Of a stretch of DNA of 64,000 nt, positions 40,166-50,407 are shown one piece after another; the stretch's first letter is position 1; the number at the start of each line of letters is the position of its first letter. A model generated the notes under the pieces. It saw only the letters and a program-made list of their open reading frames with translations. It did no database searches and was not told the DNA's origin. The position numbers and the translations under genes are program-made. This DNA is from Candidatus Latescibacterota bacterium (GTDB lineage Bacteria > Latescibacterota > UBA2968 > UBA8231), in NCBI GenBank assembly GCA_965221775.1, contig CBDCSU010000006.1, forward strand, positions 544,001 to 608,000, in the 5' to 3' direction.

Positions 40166-43100
40166 GTGAAGGCGGTCAGAGTCTGTCTCGTCGGGCTGAT
40201 GGCATGGAACCATGCGGCGGCCGATCCGCGGCTTGAAGGCCGGGTGCTGCGGACTTCCGGGGAGCCCCTGGCCCGAGCGCAGGTGCGGCTCTTCGATCTG
40301 GCCGATCTGCGCGGAACCCCGAACGCCGTGACCACGGATGAGTCGGGTCGCTTCACGCTCCACCTCGGAACCTTGCCGGGGCTGGCCCTGCCCGAGCGGT
40401 TCCAACTGGGGGCGAACTACCCCAATCCGTTCAACCCCTCAACCCTCATCCCGTATCAGCTTCCAGCCGCGATGCACGTGCGCCTGGAGGTGTTCAACCT
40501 CCTGGGGCAGCGCATCGCCACGCTGGTCGACCGGGAGCAGCCGGCCGGCTTTCACACCGCGGAGTGGGACGCCACGGACGCGGCAGGACAGGCGGTGGGG
40601 GCCGGGGTCTATCTCTACCTCCTGAGCGGCGATGGCGCGAAGATCACCCGCCGGATGCTGCTGATCGACGGGCAGGCGGGGATCTCGTCGGCTGGTTCGG
40701 GAGGGCCGGGCGGCGTGGGAGGACCAGCCGCAGCGGAGGAGGCGGGGAGACGGCCCCGGTCTACGGGTTGACCGTCTCGGGCCCGGGGCTGGTCCCCTAC
40801 GTCGACCCGGCCTTCCGGGTAGAGGCGGGCATGGCCCCGGTGGAGGTGGTGGTCCAAGCCCCGGACAGCGCCCCCTCGGCGAAGGTGGCCTCCTCCGGGA
40901 TCCTCGGCGACGTCGACAACACGAGTCATGTCGATTTCTTCGACGCCCTGCTGGTGGCCCTGCACAGCCAGGACGCCAGCATCGTCATGCCCAACAACGG
41001 CGACATCTCCCTGGGCGACGTCAACGCCGACGGACAGGTCGACCTGTCCGACGCCTGGCTGATCGCCGCGTACCTCAACGATCCCTCCGATCCGTCGCTG
41101 CCGGCCGGGATCGGCGAGTCAGTCGGTCCGGCCGCTTCCCTGTCGCCGGATCCTTCGACGGTCACCTTCGCCGATGACGGGGCCTGGCACCGGTTCACGG
41201 TCCAGACCGGCGAGCCGGTCTCGGTGGTGGTCAATCCGGCGGGGACGCCCCGTGCGCTGGAGATCACCACCCGAAGCGGGCGCGGCAACTACTGCCCCGC
41301 CGAAGCCGACGACGGCGCCACCCGCCGGGACGGCCAGACGATCTACCTGTCCGGGTGCGCCGCGGGCGAGGCCACGCTGGAGTTGCGGCGGGAGTCGGAC
41401 GGCACCGTCCTGCGGACCTACACCTTCGAGGTGACCGGCAGCCCGGCGGACCTGGTCGTGCAGTCGGTCTCGGTCAGCGACAGCACCCTGACGCCGGGTC
41501 AATCCTTCACCCTGAGAGCCACCGTGCGCAACCAGGGCACGGCTGAATCGGCGGCCACGACCTTGCGCTGGTACCGCTCGTCCAACCGGACGATCTCCAC
41601 GCGGGACACGGAAGTGGGAACCGACGCGGTGGGGGCCCTGGGCGCTTCCGGCTCCAGCGCCGAGTCGATCCGCCTGAGCGCTCCGTCAAGTGCGGGCACG
41701 TACTACTATGGCGCCTGCGTGACCAGCGTTGGCGGAGAGAGGGCCGGCAACAACTGCTCCCGGGGAGTCCGCGTCAGGGTGGAAGCCGAGAGTCCGGACC
41801 TCGTCGTCGAATCGGCTGTGGTCAGCGACAGCACCCTGACGCCGGGGCAGTCCTTCACCCTGAGCGCCACGGTGCGCAACCAAGGCACGGGTGCGGCGGT
41901 GGCCACCGCCCTGCGCTACTACCGCTCGACGAACGCGACGATCTCGACGCGAGATTCGGAAGTGGGCACCGACCCGGTGGACGCCTTGGCCGCTTCCGGC
42001 ACCAGTGCCGAGTCGATCAACCTGACGGCCCCGTCGGGTGAAGGCACCTACTACTATGGTGCCTGCGTGGCCCCGGTGGACGGAGAAGTCGATCCCGGGA
42101 ACAACTGTTCTCCTGCAGCAGCTCTATCCGTCAGCATTCAAGACGACGACGCTCTGAGTTCGCCTCCACCGACCTGGGTGTTTTCGGGAGATGTGCCGGA
42201 GGCCCATAAAGCGGAGTTGCGCGAGGAGATGGAATACGTCCGTACCTGGTTCGCCGACCAATACGGTTTCGAAGCAACTGGCTTTACGGTGCTGGTCAGT
42301 GCCAACTATGAAGCACTCTCCCCGACGTACCCGGGCGTAGTCGGTGCAGCGCTCTCCAACCACTACCACCCGCAGGCAAAGTTCCCATACGCTTGGGTTA
42401 CGCGATCTGCAACGGGTGGTGCCGTGATGGCGCTGATGTACGGGACTCTCTCTGATGAGCCTCTCTCTACCCTCAAACATCACATCGCCCACGAGTACTT
42501 CCACGTTCTGCAGGGACAACTTGCTTCAGGATTCGCACAACTGCCGGATGGCGAGATCGCCTGGCACAGTGACGCATCCTCTCGTGGCCCCAACTGGCTG
42601 GTGGAAGGCTTGGCTTCCTATGCCGACTACGCGTACACCCCAAGCAGAGCCGGACGCAGGCCCTTTCTGGGGGACCGGTACTACCCCTACAACGACTTAC
42701 AATGGTTCTATCTGAATGAGTCGGTTACCATAGGTGATCTGGCAGAGCTGGGGAGCTATCTGGATTTCAAGTGCACCTTTTCTGACAACTACTCCTACCC
42801 TCTGAGTTTTGCGGCATCCGTTTTCTTGCTTGAGCAGGCCCAGGCAGACTCGTATGTGAACTACTGGACGCTCCTTGGCGAGCGGTCGACTTGGGAGCAG
42901 GCGTTCGAGGAAGCCTTCGGAGTCCGTGTCAGTGACTTTTACGCTGCCTTCGATGAGTGGCTTCCCTCCCAGTTGCCTCCCCTTGCCCAACTCAAGCTGC
43001 AGATGCGCTGGCCGGACATGGAGAGCCTGCCCCAGACGTGGAGATTCCTCTATCTCAATATCGAGAACTGGGGAACTTGGGAGAGTAGAAAACCCTCTAA

Positions 43101-43386
43101 CCTCAGTACGGGATGGACCGGGCTGAGGGGCCTGCCCCTGCAAATGACTGCCACATACGATGAGGGTGCCGTCGGGTCAGGCTACCTTTCCCTCTGGTGG
43201 TCTGACGACCAATGCACCGCGTATCTCCTTGGTTGGTACAGAGATGGCGAGCTCACCAGTCGGCGCGAGGATGCTACGGCGGTAGAGTTCACTGGCAGGT
43301 CAGCCACCATCGATTGGAACATTCCTGGACATCCGGATACGCTTCCTCGATTGCAGGAAAGAGAAAGAGTGCCAGGATGCAAGTAG
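40166..43386 (+). pseudogene. Secreted header-module protein with dockerin, two CARDB domains and a gluzincin-like peptidase; -1 frameshift
   Basis: ORF 40166-40771 joins ORF 40564-43386 near 40732; the paralogous 26049 copy has the missing base (GCCGCAAACGGAGG vs GCCGCAGCGGAGG); DLVV...TVRNQG CARDB x2; HEYFH...WLVEGLASY. Confidence 0.85.
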
Positions 43387-43568
43387 GTCCATGTATACTC
43401 TACCCAGCTGCATGAAACCTACGCGGAATTGCGCAGGTAGGCACTCTAGTCTTGACCCCTCGCTCGCAGCTTAGGCGCGCAGTGCGATGGGTCCGGAAGC
43501 GGCGAGATGGCGCGCCAGCGCAGCCACGGCATCAGTCCCTCCTTCTCCCATTCACGAAAGGGGAGCGC

Positions 43569-44632
43569 ATGCATCCTCAGAGACCAAACCTCTTCGAGTA
43601 CGCGACTTCTGAACTCTCGCAAGATGCCCTCTTCTGTTGGCTGCTGAAGTGGGCTGATCCGACTTGCCGCAATTCAGCGAAGCCCTCCACAAGGCTGGAG
43701 TCGGCTTCATCCGCCTCCTGTCTGCTGAGAAGAGCGGTATCTCCGAATTGATCAACTCTGTCAAGGTGGAGAAGCAGGTTGATCACATTGATGTGCTATG
43801 TAGGCTCAACGAGCAGGAAGATAGCGAAGCTGCGATCCTGATCGAGGACAAGAAGGGTACTCAAGAACATTCGAACCAGCTGCAGAGATACAAGAAGCTG
43901 GTAGGCCAGGGGCTTCCGGAAGAGAGGATTGTCGCCGTCTATGTTCAAACCAGGGACCAAAGCGACTATAGCAATGTGCGTGGACAGCGATATGCTGTTG
44001 TCAGTCGACCTGACCTTCTGGAAATCCTCGAAGACTGCAAGGAAGCTCGAAGAGAGAGCGACATTCTCGACGGATTCCTGCGACACCTACGTACCATAGA
44101 GGACGATGTGCAAAGTTGGCAGTCGCAGGATCCGACAGATTGGTCCTGGAGTGCCTGGACAGGCTTCTACATGGAATTGCAGAAAAACCCCTCCATAGAG
44201 GGCGGTTGGGACTACATTCCAATAGGTGACTTTCTATGCTACTGGTTTGGCAACTGGAATCCCGCTGCGGGAGTCGATCAGACATGGATGCACATCGATA
44301 ATTCGAAGGGGACTCTGTGTTTTCGCATTGCCATGTCCAAGTCTGTCTCAGACGCAGATCAAAGGTATGCATTGAGAAACCAATGGAATAGCCGCATCAT
44401 TGCTCGATGCAACGAGCTGAACCTCCCTGCAAGGAAACCTCCACGCTTTGAAGGCATCTTCTCTGGTAGTTTGACTGTTGCGGAGATCGACCGTGAAGAC
44501 TGGCTAATGGTCCAGGACGGCCTTGTGGACGTTGACGCAACGGTGGCCACCATGGAGAAGTGCTTGGAGGTGGTTCGGTATTGTTTTGCACTTGGTAGCG
44601 CTCATTCGGAGCGAGGGAGAGTTCACGACTGA
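43569..44632 (+). pseudogene. PD-(D/E)XK nuclease-family protein, frameshifted near its 5' end
   Basis: MHPQRPNLFEYATSELSQDALFCWLLKWAD continues after a shift at about 43665 into KQVDHIDVL...ILIEDKKGTQEHSNQLQRY; AT-richer. Confidence 0.75.
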
Positions 44633-44749
44633 AGTGTCCACGCACATCCACGCAGAGAGAGATGGGACCATTTCAAGAGTAGTCCCTGTTCTCCGTGCAG
44701 TGCTGACGTTGAGCTGCAGTACAACTACCTTGGGAACGAGCATTTCTCC

Positions 44750-45352
44750 GTGGCGAGTCCGCATCCAGGCCGGGCTCGCGACGCGACGCCGGCGCCGGAG
44801 TTTCATCGAGCGCCGCCGGAGCCGTCTGATCGCCGGGCTCGCGCAACGGCCTTGGCAAGCCGCGACGGCTGGCCCTGATGTCGGGCACCATCGAGGTGAG
44901 ACGGCCGCGGGTCCGGGGGCCGGAAGAGCGCTTGGAGAGCCGCATCCTCCCGCTGTTCCAGCGACGCACCCACGAGGTGACCCAGCTGTTGCTCGAGCTC
45001 TACCTGCATGGGCTGTCGCGGGGCGACTTCGAGTCGGCCTTGCGGGGTCTGCTGGGGGGACGGGGCGCCCCTGTCGGCCTCGTCCATCGCCCGTCTGCGG
45101 GCCACGCGGGAAGAGCAGTTCGAGACCTGGCAGCAGCGGCGGCTGGACGACCGGGAATTGGTCTACGCTTGGCCGACGGTATCTGCGTGAAGGCGGGCCT
45201 GGAGAAGGACAAGGCGGCGTTGCTGGTCGTCATCGGAGCCCGGAGCGACGGCCGCAAGGAGATCCTGGCGATCCGGCCCGGCCATCGCGAGTCCACCGAG
45301 TCGTGGCGAGCCGTGCTGCGCGATCTTCGGGACCGCGGGCTGCCGGCGCCGA
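44750..45352 (+). mobile_element. IS256-family transposase remnant (frameshifted, truncated)
   Basis: NGLGKPRRL..SGTIEVRRPRVR, LYLHGLSRGDF, LSASSIARL, ADGICVKAGLEKDKAALLVVIG, RESTESW..VLRDLRDRGL; no terminal repeats recognised. Confidence 0.85.
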
Positions 45353-45419
45353 CTCAAGAGGCGGCGATCCCCACAGAGCGGCCGCCTCGGGCCGACTCGC
45401 AGGGGACGTAGATGACGCC
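45353..45419 (-). repeat. Degenerate copy of the 3' end of the Gfo/Idh/MocA gene
   Basis: 58 of 67 nt identical, ungapped, to 46512-46578 including the stop codon. Confidence 0.85.
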
Positions 45420-45500
45420 GGGCGCCGAGAGGTTCATGCTGCGGGTCCCGATGGAAGCGGCTGCGTCCCGGCGCCGCCCGAGAACCGCCCTTCGAGAGGC

Positions 45501-46436
45501 TCAGGGCGCGAGCGGCCTGTTCTCGATGATGCCCTGCCGCGCGAGGAACTCCCGCATCACGGCGGCGCACTCCTCCGGCTTCTCCAACTGCAGGAAATGT
45601 GTCGTTCCGGGGAGGAACCCGTGCTCGACGCCCGCCGCGTCAGGAGGGTTGAACCTCGGACGGTCCGGCTCCAGGGCGGGATCGGAGCGGATCACCTTGG
45701 TGGGACATCGCAGGGAGCCGAAGTCCACCGACACCGCCGGCCGCGGGGCCTGGTCCCAGATCCGCGCCTCGTGCTCGCGGGGACATCGGAGCTCGTAGCC
45801 CTCTCCGGTGCCGGACTCCTTGAGGATGGCCCTGGCCAACAGCTCCAGCACGCCGGGCACGGCCCGCTGGAAGTAGGGCAGGCAGGAATGCAGCTCCACG
45901 AGGTCTTCCCTGGCTCGAAACCTCGTGGCCCGACGCCGGAGCATGTCGGCCATCTGCCGGGCCAACCGCTCGATCTCCCTGTACCCGGCGCCGGGGCTGC
46001 AGAGGGGTGGCGCGAAGAGCACCATGGCGGCGTAATGGGCGCCCCGGGAAGGAAGGTGCAGCCCGGCCAGTGCCGAGATGGAATGGAAGACGCCGACCGT
46101 GGGTTTCCCGCCGAAGAGCGAATCGACCGCTTCCGATACGCGGTCATGGTCGCGGGCGAAGGCATCGAAGTCGTGGGCCTCCAGGGCTCCGGCGTCGTTC
46201 CAGCCGTGGTTCCTCAGGTCGTGGACCACCAGGTCGAAGTCGGCGGCCAGGAGGGACCAGAACGGGTAGTAGAGGTCGATGGCGAGTCCGTTCCCGTGGC
46301 AAAGGACGAGCCGGGGCCCGGCGGGATTCCCGTGCCGCCTCAGGATGATGACGGTGTCGTCGTCCACCTGGACACGGTGGGTGGAGAGGGGCTGGGGGAT
46401 CTGCCAGACGGGTTCCATGGGTGTGGCCGAGGTCAT
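45501..46436 (-). CDS. Alpha/beta hydrolase
   Basis: LCHGNG, DLRNHG, nucleophile elbow variant GVFHSISA, TTHFLQLEKP. Confidence 0.85.
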   Translation of the reverse strand: MTSATPMEPVWQIPQPLSTHRVQVDDDTVIILRRHGNPAGPRLVLCHGNGLAIDLYYPFWSLLAADFDLVVHDLRNHGWNDAGALEAHDFDAFARDHDRVSEAVDSLFGGKPTVGVFHSISALAGLHLPSRGAHYAAMVLFAPPLCSPGAGYREIERLARQMADMLRRRATRFRAREDLVELHSCLPYFQRAVPGVLELLARAILKESGTGEGYELRCPREHEARIWDQAPRPAVSVDFGSLRCPTKVIRSDPALEPDRPRFNPPDAAGVEHGFLPGTTHFLQLEKPEECAAVMREFLARQGIIENRPLAP

Positions 46437-46512
46437 GAGGCTTTCGCGCAGGGTGCGGCCAATGGTTCAGCGCATCCAGAGCACTTGCAGACTCGGTCGA
46501 GACTGAGCCGGC

Positions 46513-47568
46513 TCAAGAGGCGGCGATCTCGACGGAGCGGCCGCTGCGGGCCGACTCGCGGGCGGCGTCGATGACGCCCATGACGGCGCGGACGCTCTCC
46601 GCGGTGACCGCCAGCTCCTCCCGCCCGCGGATGGCGGCGGCCACGTTCTCGTAGTAGGAGCGCCAGCGGCCGGCCACCGGCTCGAGCACCTCCTCCACGA
46701 GGCGGCCGTCCCGGTGGCGGCACAGGCGAGGCCAGTTGCCGCGGTCCTCCTCGCGCGCCGAGTCGATGTCGCCGGCCACCATGGCCGGCTCCTGCGGGTC
46801 CAGCCCCTCCTTCACCAGGGCGCCGTCGGTGCCGAGGACGTACCAGCGCGGCATGGGGATCCTGGCGATGGAGGAGGTGACCACGTGGATCTCGGCGCCG
46901 CTGCCGAAGGAGAGGACGCAGTGGGCGTGGTCCTCCACGTCGTTGTCGAGGCCGGCGTCGGAGAGCCGGGCGTAGACGCGCTGCAGCGGCCCCGGGGCCA
47001 GCTGCAGGGCCTGGTCGATCATGTGGGCCCCGAGGTCGACGAACTTGCCGCCGCCGCTGGCCGCCCGGCCCCGCCAGGAGCGCGGCGCCCCGTACTGCCC
47101 CCAGGCGAGCTGGACGTAGACGAGGTCGCCCAGTGTCCCCTCGGCCAGCAGCTCGCGCACCGTGAGGTAGTCGCCGTCCCAGCGGCGGTTCTGGAAGACC
47201 GAGAGCAGCCGGCCGGCGCGGCGGGAGGCGGCGATCATGGCGTCGGCCTCGGCGCCGTCGAGGCTCATCGGCTTGTCGGTGACCACGTGCTTGCCGGCCT
47301 CGAGGGCGGCGATCGCCTGGGGCGCGTGCAGGTCGTTCGGGGTGGCCAGCACCACCAGCTCCACCTCGTCGTCGGCCAGGACCTCCTCGAAGCGTTCCCA
47401 GGCGCGCAGGCCCTCGGCGGCGATCGCCTCGCGCGCCTCGGGGCGGCTGGAGACGACGCCCTTCAGGGAGAGCCCCGGCTCGGCGAGGCGGACCAGGTAC
47501 GAGTGGAAGCAGCGGCCGGCGTACCCGTAGCCGACGACGGCGGTGATCACGGGATCGGTGGAGGCCAT
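46513..47568 (-). CDS. Gfo/Idh/MocA oxidoreductase (YdgJ/IolW-like)
   Basis: VVGYGYAG, ATPNDLH, GKHVVTDKP, FQNRRWDGD, DLGAHMIDQ. Confidence 0.92.
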   Translation of the reverse strand: MASTDPVITAVVGYGYAGRCFHSYLVRLAEPGLSLKGVVSSRPEAREAIAAEGLRAWERFEEVLADDEVELVVLATPNDLHAPQAIAALEAGKHVVTDKPMSLDGAEADAMIAASRRAGRLLSVFQNRRWDGDYLTVRELLAEGTLGDLVYVQLAWGQYGAPRSWRGRAASGGGKFVDLGAHMIDQALQLAPGPLQRVYARLSDAGLDNDVEDHAHCVLSFGSGAEIHVVTSSIARIPMPRWYVLGTDGALVKEGLDPQEPAMVAGDIDSAREEDRGNWPRLCRHRDGRLVEEVLEPVAGRWRSYYENVAAAIRGREELAVTAESVRAVMGVIDAARESARSGRSVEIAAS

Positions 47569-47667
47569 GGGCGGCAATGGTAGCGGCGCCCCGGGAGGGC
47601 CGCCAGAAAGCTCTGGCGGCGCGGCTGGCGGCAGCGCGAGATTAGACGGCAGGAAAGGAAGAGCAGG

Positions 47668-48042
47668 ATGCGCATCCGACTCAGCTGGCCCGGCGGCCAG
47701 GCCCACGCCGGTCTCGACGACACGCCCACGGCCCGCGCCGTCATGGCGGCCCTGCCGATCCGCTCCCGGGCCAGCACCTGGGGCGAGGAGGTCTACTTCG
47801 ACACCGGCGTGGAGGCCGCCCTCGAGGCGGACGCGGCCCAGGTCGTCGATCCCGGCACCGTCTGCTTCTGGGTGGAGGGCCGCTCCCTGGCCCTGCCATA
47901 CGGGCCGACGCCGGCCTCCCGCGGGGACGAGTGCCGGCTGGTGACCGAGGTCAACCTGCTGGGGCGCCTGGAGGAGGACCCGAGGGTGCTGGCCGGCGTG
48001 CGCGACGGCATGGAGATCACCGTGGAGCGGGCCGGCGGCTGA
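47668..48042 (+). CDS. Cyclophilin-like fold protein (DUF369)
   Basis: ALPIRSRASTWGEEVYF, GTVCFW, YGPTPAS, VNLLG. Confidence 0.85.
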   Translation: MRIRLSWPGGQAHAGLDDTPTARAVMAALPIRSRASTWGEEVYFDTGVEAALEADAAQVVDPGTVCFWVEGRSLALPYGPTPASRGDECRLVTEVNLLGRLEEDPRVLAGVRDGMEITVERAGG

Positions 48043-48166
48043 GCCGCGGCGATGGGAGAATGGGGAACGGCGGGCAGCGGCAGGGCATCCTAACGGGGGT
48101 GTGCACACCGACGGCACCGGCGCCGGCGTCCGGCGCCCGGGAGCGTGGCATGAGGCCGGATCAGGG

Positions 48167-49543
48167 ATGAAGGGACAGGGGGCCTGGATGCGGGCGGGCG
48201 TGGTCCTGCTAGTGGCGGCGGGGCTGGCCGGCTGCGCCGCCGGCTACTCGCGCACCATGGGCCAAAGCCTGGGGCGCGTGCAGAGCCGCGACTGGGAAGG
48301 CGCGCTGGCCAGCCTCGACAAGCCGTCGGGCGACACCAACATGCTCCTCTACCGGCTGGAGAAGGGGCTGATCCTCCACTACGCCGGCGACTACACCGGC
48401 TCCAATGGCCAGTTCGAGAAGGCCGAGAAGCTCATCGACCGCCACTACACGCGCTCCATCAGCCGCGAGGTGGCGGCCCTGCTCACCAACGACGCCATCC
48501 GCGCCTACTCGGGCGAGGAGTTCGAGCGCGTCCTCATCCACTACTACCGGGCCCTGAACTACCACTACCTCGGCGACCACCAGGGCGCCCTCGTCGAGTG
48601 CCGCAAGGCGAACCTGCGTCTCTCCGACTTCGCCGAGGCCGCCGAGTACGAGCTGAGCTACGCCAACGACGCCTTCATGCAGTACCTCACCGGCCTGCTC
48701 TACGAGGCCGGGGGCGAGGTCAACGACGCCTACATCTCCTACCGCGACGCGGCCAAGGGCTACGCCGCCTACGAGGATGCCTTCGGCCTGGCGCCGCCGC
48801 CGCCCCTGGCCGCCGACCTGCGCCGCGCCACCGCGGAGCTCGGCTTCGAGCCGGAGTGGACGGAGCTGCAGCAGCGCTGGGGCCTCGATCCCGAGGCCTC
48901 CGGGGCGCCGCCCCTGGGGCCCGGGACGGTGACCGTCTTCGCCGAGACCGGCTTCGTGGGGCGCAAGGGACAGAACGAGATCAACGTGCCGATCACCAAG
49001 GGCGGAAAGCTCAAGGAGGTCTGGACGATCTCCGACCGCGCCGTGCGGCAGTACCATTACGGGTGGGAGGGCAAGGTGGAGTACTGGCTGCGGGTGGCCC
49101 TGCCGGTGTACGAGCCCGCCCCCAGCGAGGTCGCCGGCGTGCGGCTGCGCGCCGGCGACGCCGAGGCCCGCGGCTGGCTGGTGGAGGACCTCGACGCCAT
49201 CGCCGGGCGCACCCTGCGCGACAAGGAGGGCGTCATCCTGCGGCGCACGGTGGCCCGGGCCGTGGCCAAGTGGCTGGCCACGGAGGCCGCCGAGGAGGAG
49301 AGCGAGGTCCTCGGGGCCCTGATCAACCTCTTCGGCGCCGGCACGGAAGCGGCCGACACCCGCAGCTGGCTCGCCCTGCCGCGGACCATCTGGATGGCAC
49401 GGATCCGGATGCCGCCGGGAACGCAAGAGGTGGTTCTGGAGTTTATCAATGCACAAGGCGGTGTCGTCGACCGGCACAAGTTCACCGGCGTGCAGGCCGG
49501 AGGCGAACACCCCGTATTCCTCAGCTGGCGCAGCTTCCGCTGA
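48167..49543 (+). CDS. COG3014-family TPR-like lipoprotein
   Basis: Lipobox LAGC; LLYRLEKG, YSGEEFE, ALVECRK, EAADTRSWLALP; alternative start 48188. Confidence 0.82.
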   Translation: MKGQGAWMRAGVVLLVAAGLAGCAAGYSRTMGQSLGRVQSRDWEGALASLDKPSGDTNMLLYRLEKGLILHYAGDYTGSNGQFEKAEKLIDRHYTRSISREVAALLTNDAIRAYSGEEFERVLIHYYRALNYHYLGDHQGALVECRKANLRLSDFAEAAEYELSYANDAFMQYLTGLLYEAGGEVNDAYISYRDAAKGYAAYEDAFGLAPPPPLAADLRRATAELGFEPEWTELQQRWGLDPEASGAPPLGPGTVTVFAETGFVGRKGQNEINVPITKGGKLKEVWTISDRAVRQYHYGWEGKVEYWLRVALPVYEPAPSEVAGVRLRAGDAEARGWLVEDLDAIAGRTLRDKEGVILRRTVARAVAKWLATEAAEEESEVLGALINLFGAGTEAADTRSWLALPRTIWMARIRMPPGTQEVVLEFINAQGGVVDRHKFTGVQAGGEHPVFLSWRSFR

Positions 49544-49565
49544 AGAAGGAAGGATCGACCAAACG

Positions 49566-50402
49566 ATGACGGGATTCCTCACCGGCGCCGCGGCCCTGGT
49601 GCTGCTGGCAGCGGGGGCCGCCCCGGCCCAGACGGCCAGCACCGCCGGCGGCGACCGCACCCTGCCGCCGGGGTACGTCTTCAACATCGTCGACTGGGAG
49701 GGCGGCCGGCTGCCGCCCCTGTACGAGCGCTCCGACCAGCTGCCCATGGGCCTCCACGACATCGTCTCCCTCACCGAGGCCAAGTTCAGCGAGGCGATGA
49801 TCCTCAAGATGCTCGAGGAGCGCCGCTGCGCCTGCGACGCCTCGGTCGCCTCGCTGGTGCGCCTCAAGAACAGCGGCGTCTCGGAGAAGGTGATCCAGGC
49901 CATGTCGCTGCACGCCCTGCCGCCGAACCGCTCCCTGGACCTGGCGATCCACATCGACTTCGAGGGCCTCGGCGGCGCGGCGGTCTCCACCCGGGCCCAC
50001 CGGGCCTACCTCTACCTGATCATCCCCGACGGCGAGCGCGAGCGCGTGTTCTTCGGCAGCCTGGCGGATGTGCTCGCCCAGGCTGCCAGGCGCGGCACGG
50101 CGGTGGACAACACCGACCTGCTGTTGCCGAAACAGGTTCGCCGCGTCAGTTTCGTGGCGCGCGTGCCGCTGAAGGTGCCCGGGGCCAAGCGCGCCCTGGT
50201 CTTCACCTCGACGCGGCCGAACATCTACACCGAGGCGGACATCCCCGCGGCCGACCGCAAGGGAGTCCAGGAGTTCACCTTCGACTACCCCGCCAGCTCG
50301 CTGCAGCAGTTCTGCTCGCTGCAGGTCCTGCACCGGCAGGACGCGATGCTCGACAACCGCTGGCACATGGAACGTTCGCACTTCGAGTGCGAGTGGGAGT
50401 GA
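49566..50402 (+). CDS. Secreted hypothetical protein
   Basis: Signal peptide; helical DIVSL..AKFSE / LVRLKNSGVSEKVIQAM repeat; host-like codons; operonic. Confidence 0.75.
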   Translation: MTGFLTGAAALVLLAAGAAPAQTASTAGGDRTLPPGYVFNIVDWEGGRLPPLYERSDQLPMGLHDIVSLTEAKFSEAMILKMLEERRCACDASVASLVRLKNSGVSEKVIQAMSLHALPPNRSLDLAIHIDFEGLGGAAVSTRAHRAYLYLIIPDGERERVFFGSLADVLAQAARRGTAVDNTDLLLPKQVRRVSFVARVPLKVPGAKRALVFTSTRPNIYTEADIPAADRKGVQEFTFDYPASSLQQFCSLQVLHRQDAMLDNRWHMERSHFECEWE

Positions 50403-50407
50403 AAGGC

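Larger units (their letters stand above)
24814..46511. mobile_element. Accessory genomic island of secreted repeat proteins, pseudogenes and an IS remnant (boundaries approximate)
   Basis: Lower GC and non-host codon usage, many fragments and frameshifts, IS256 remnant, duplicated gene 3' end at the right edge; no integrase seen. Confidence 0.65.

Noticed and set aside
38700-40760. Programmed ribosomal frameshifting or homopolymer phase variation at the two frameshifts
   Set aside because: Runs are only 3-4 nt and there is no X XXY YYZ slippery site; mutation or assembly error is more parsimonious
28096-43480. Integron cassette array (GCCTAAC near 28097; GCTTAGGC near 43469)
   Set aside because: No paired R''/R' boxes forming attC hairpins and no integron integrase; genes carry their own promoters
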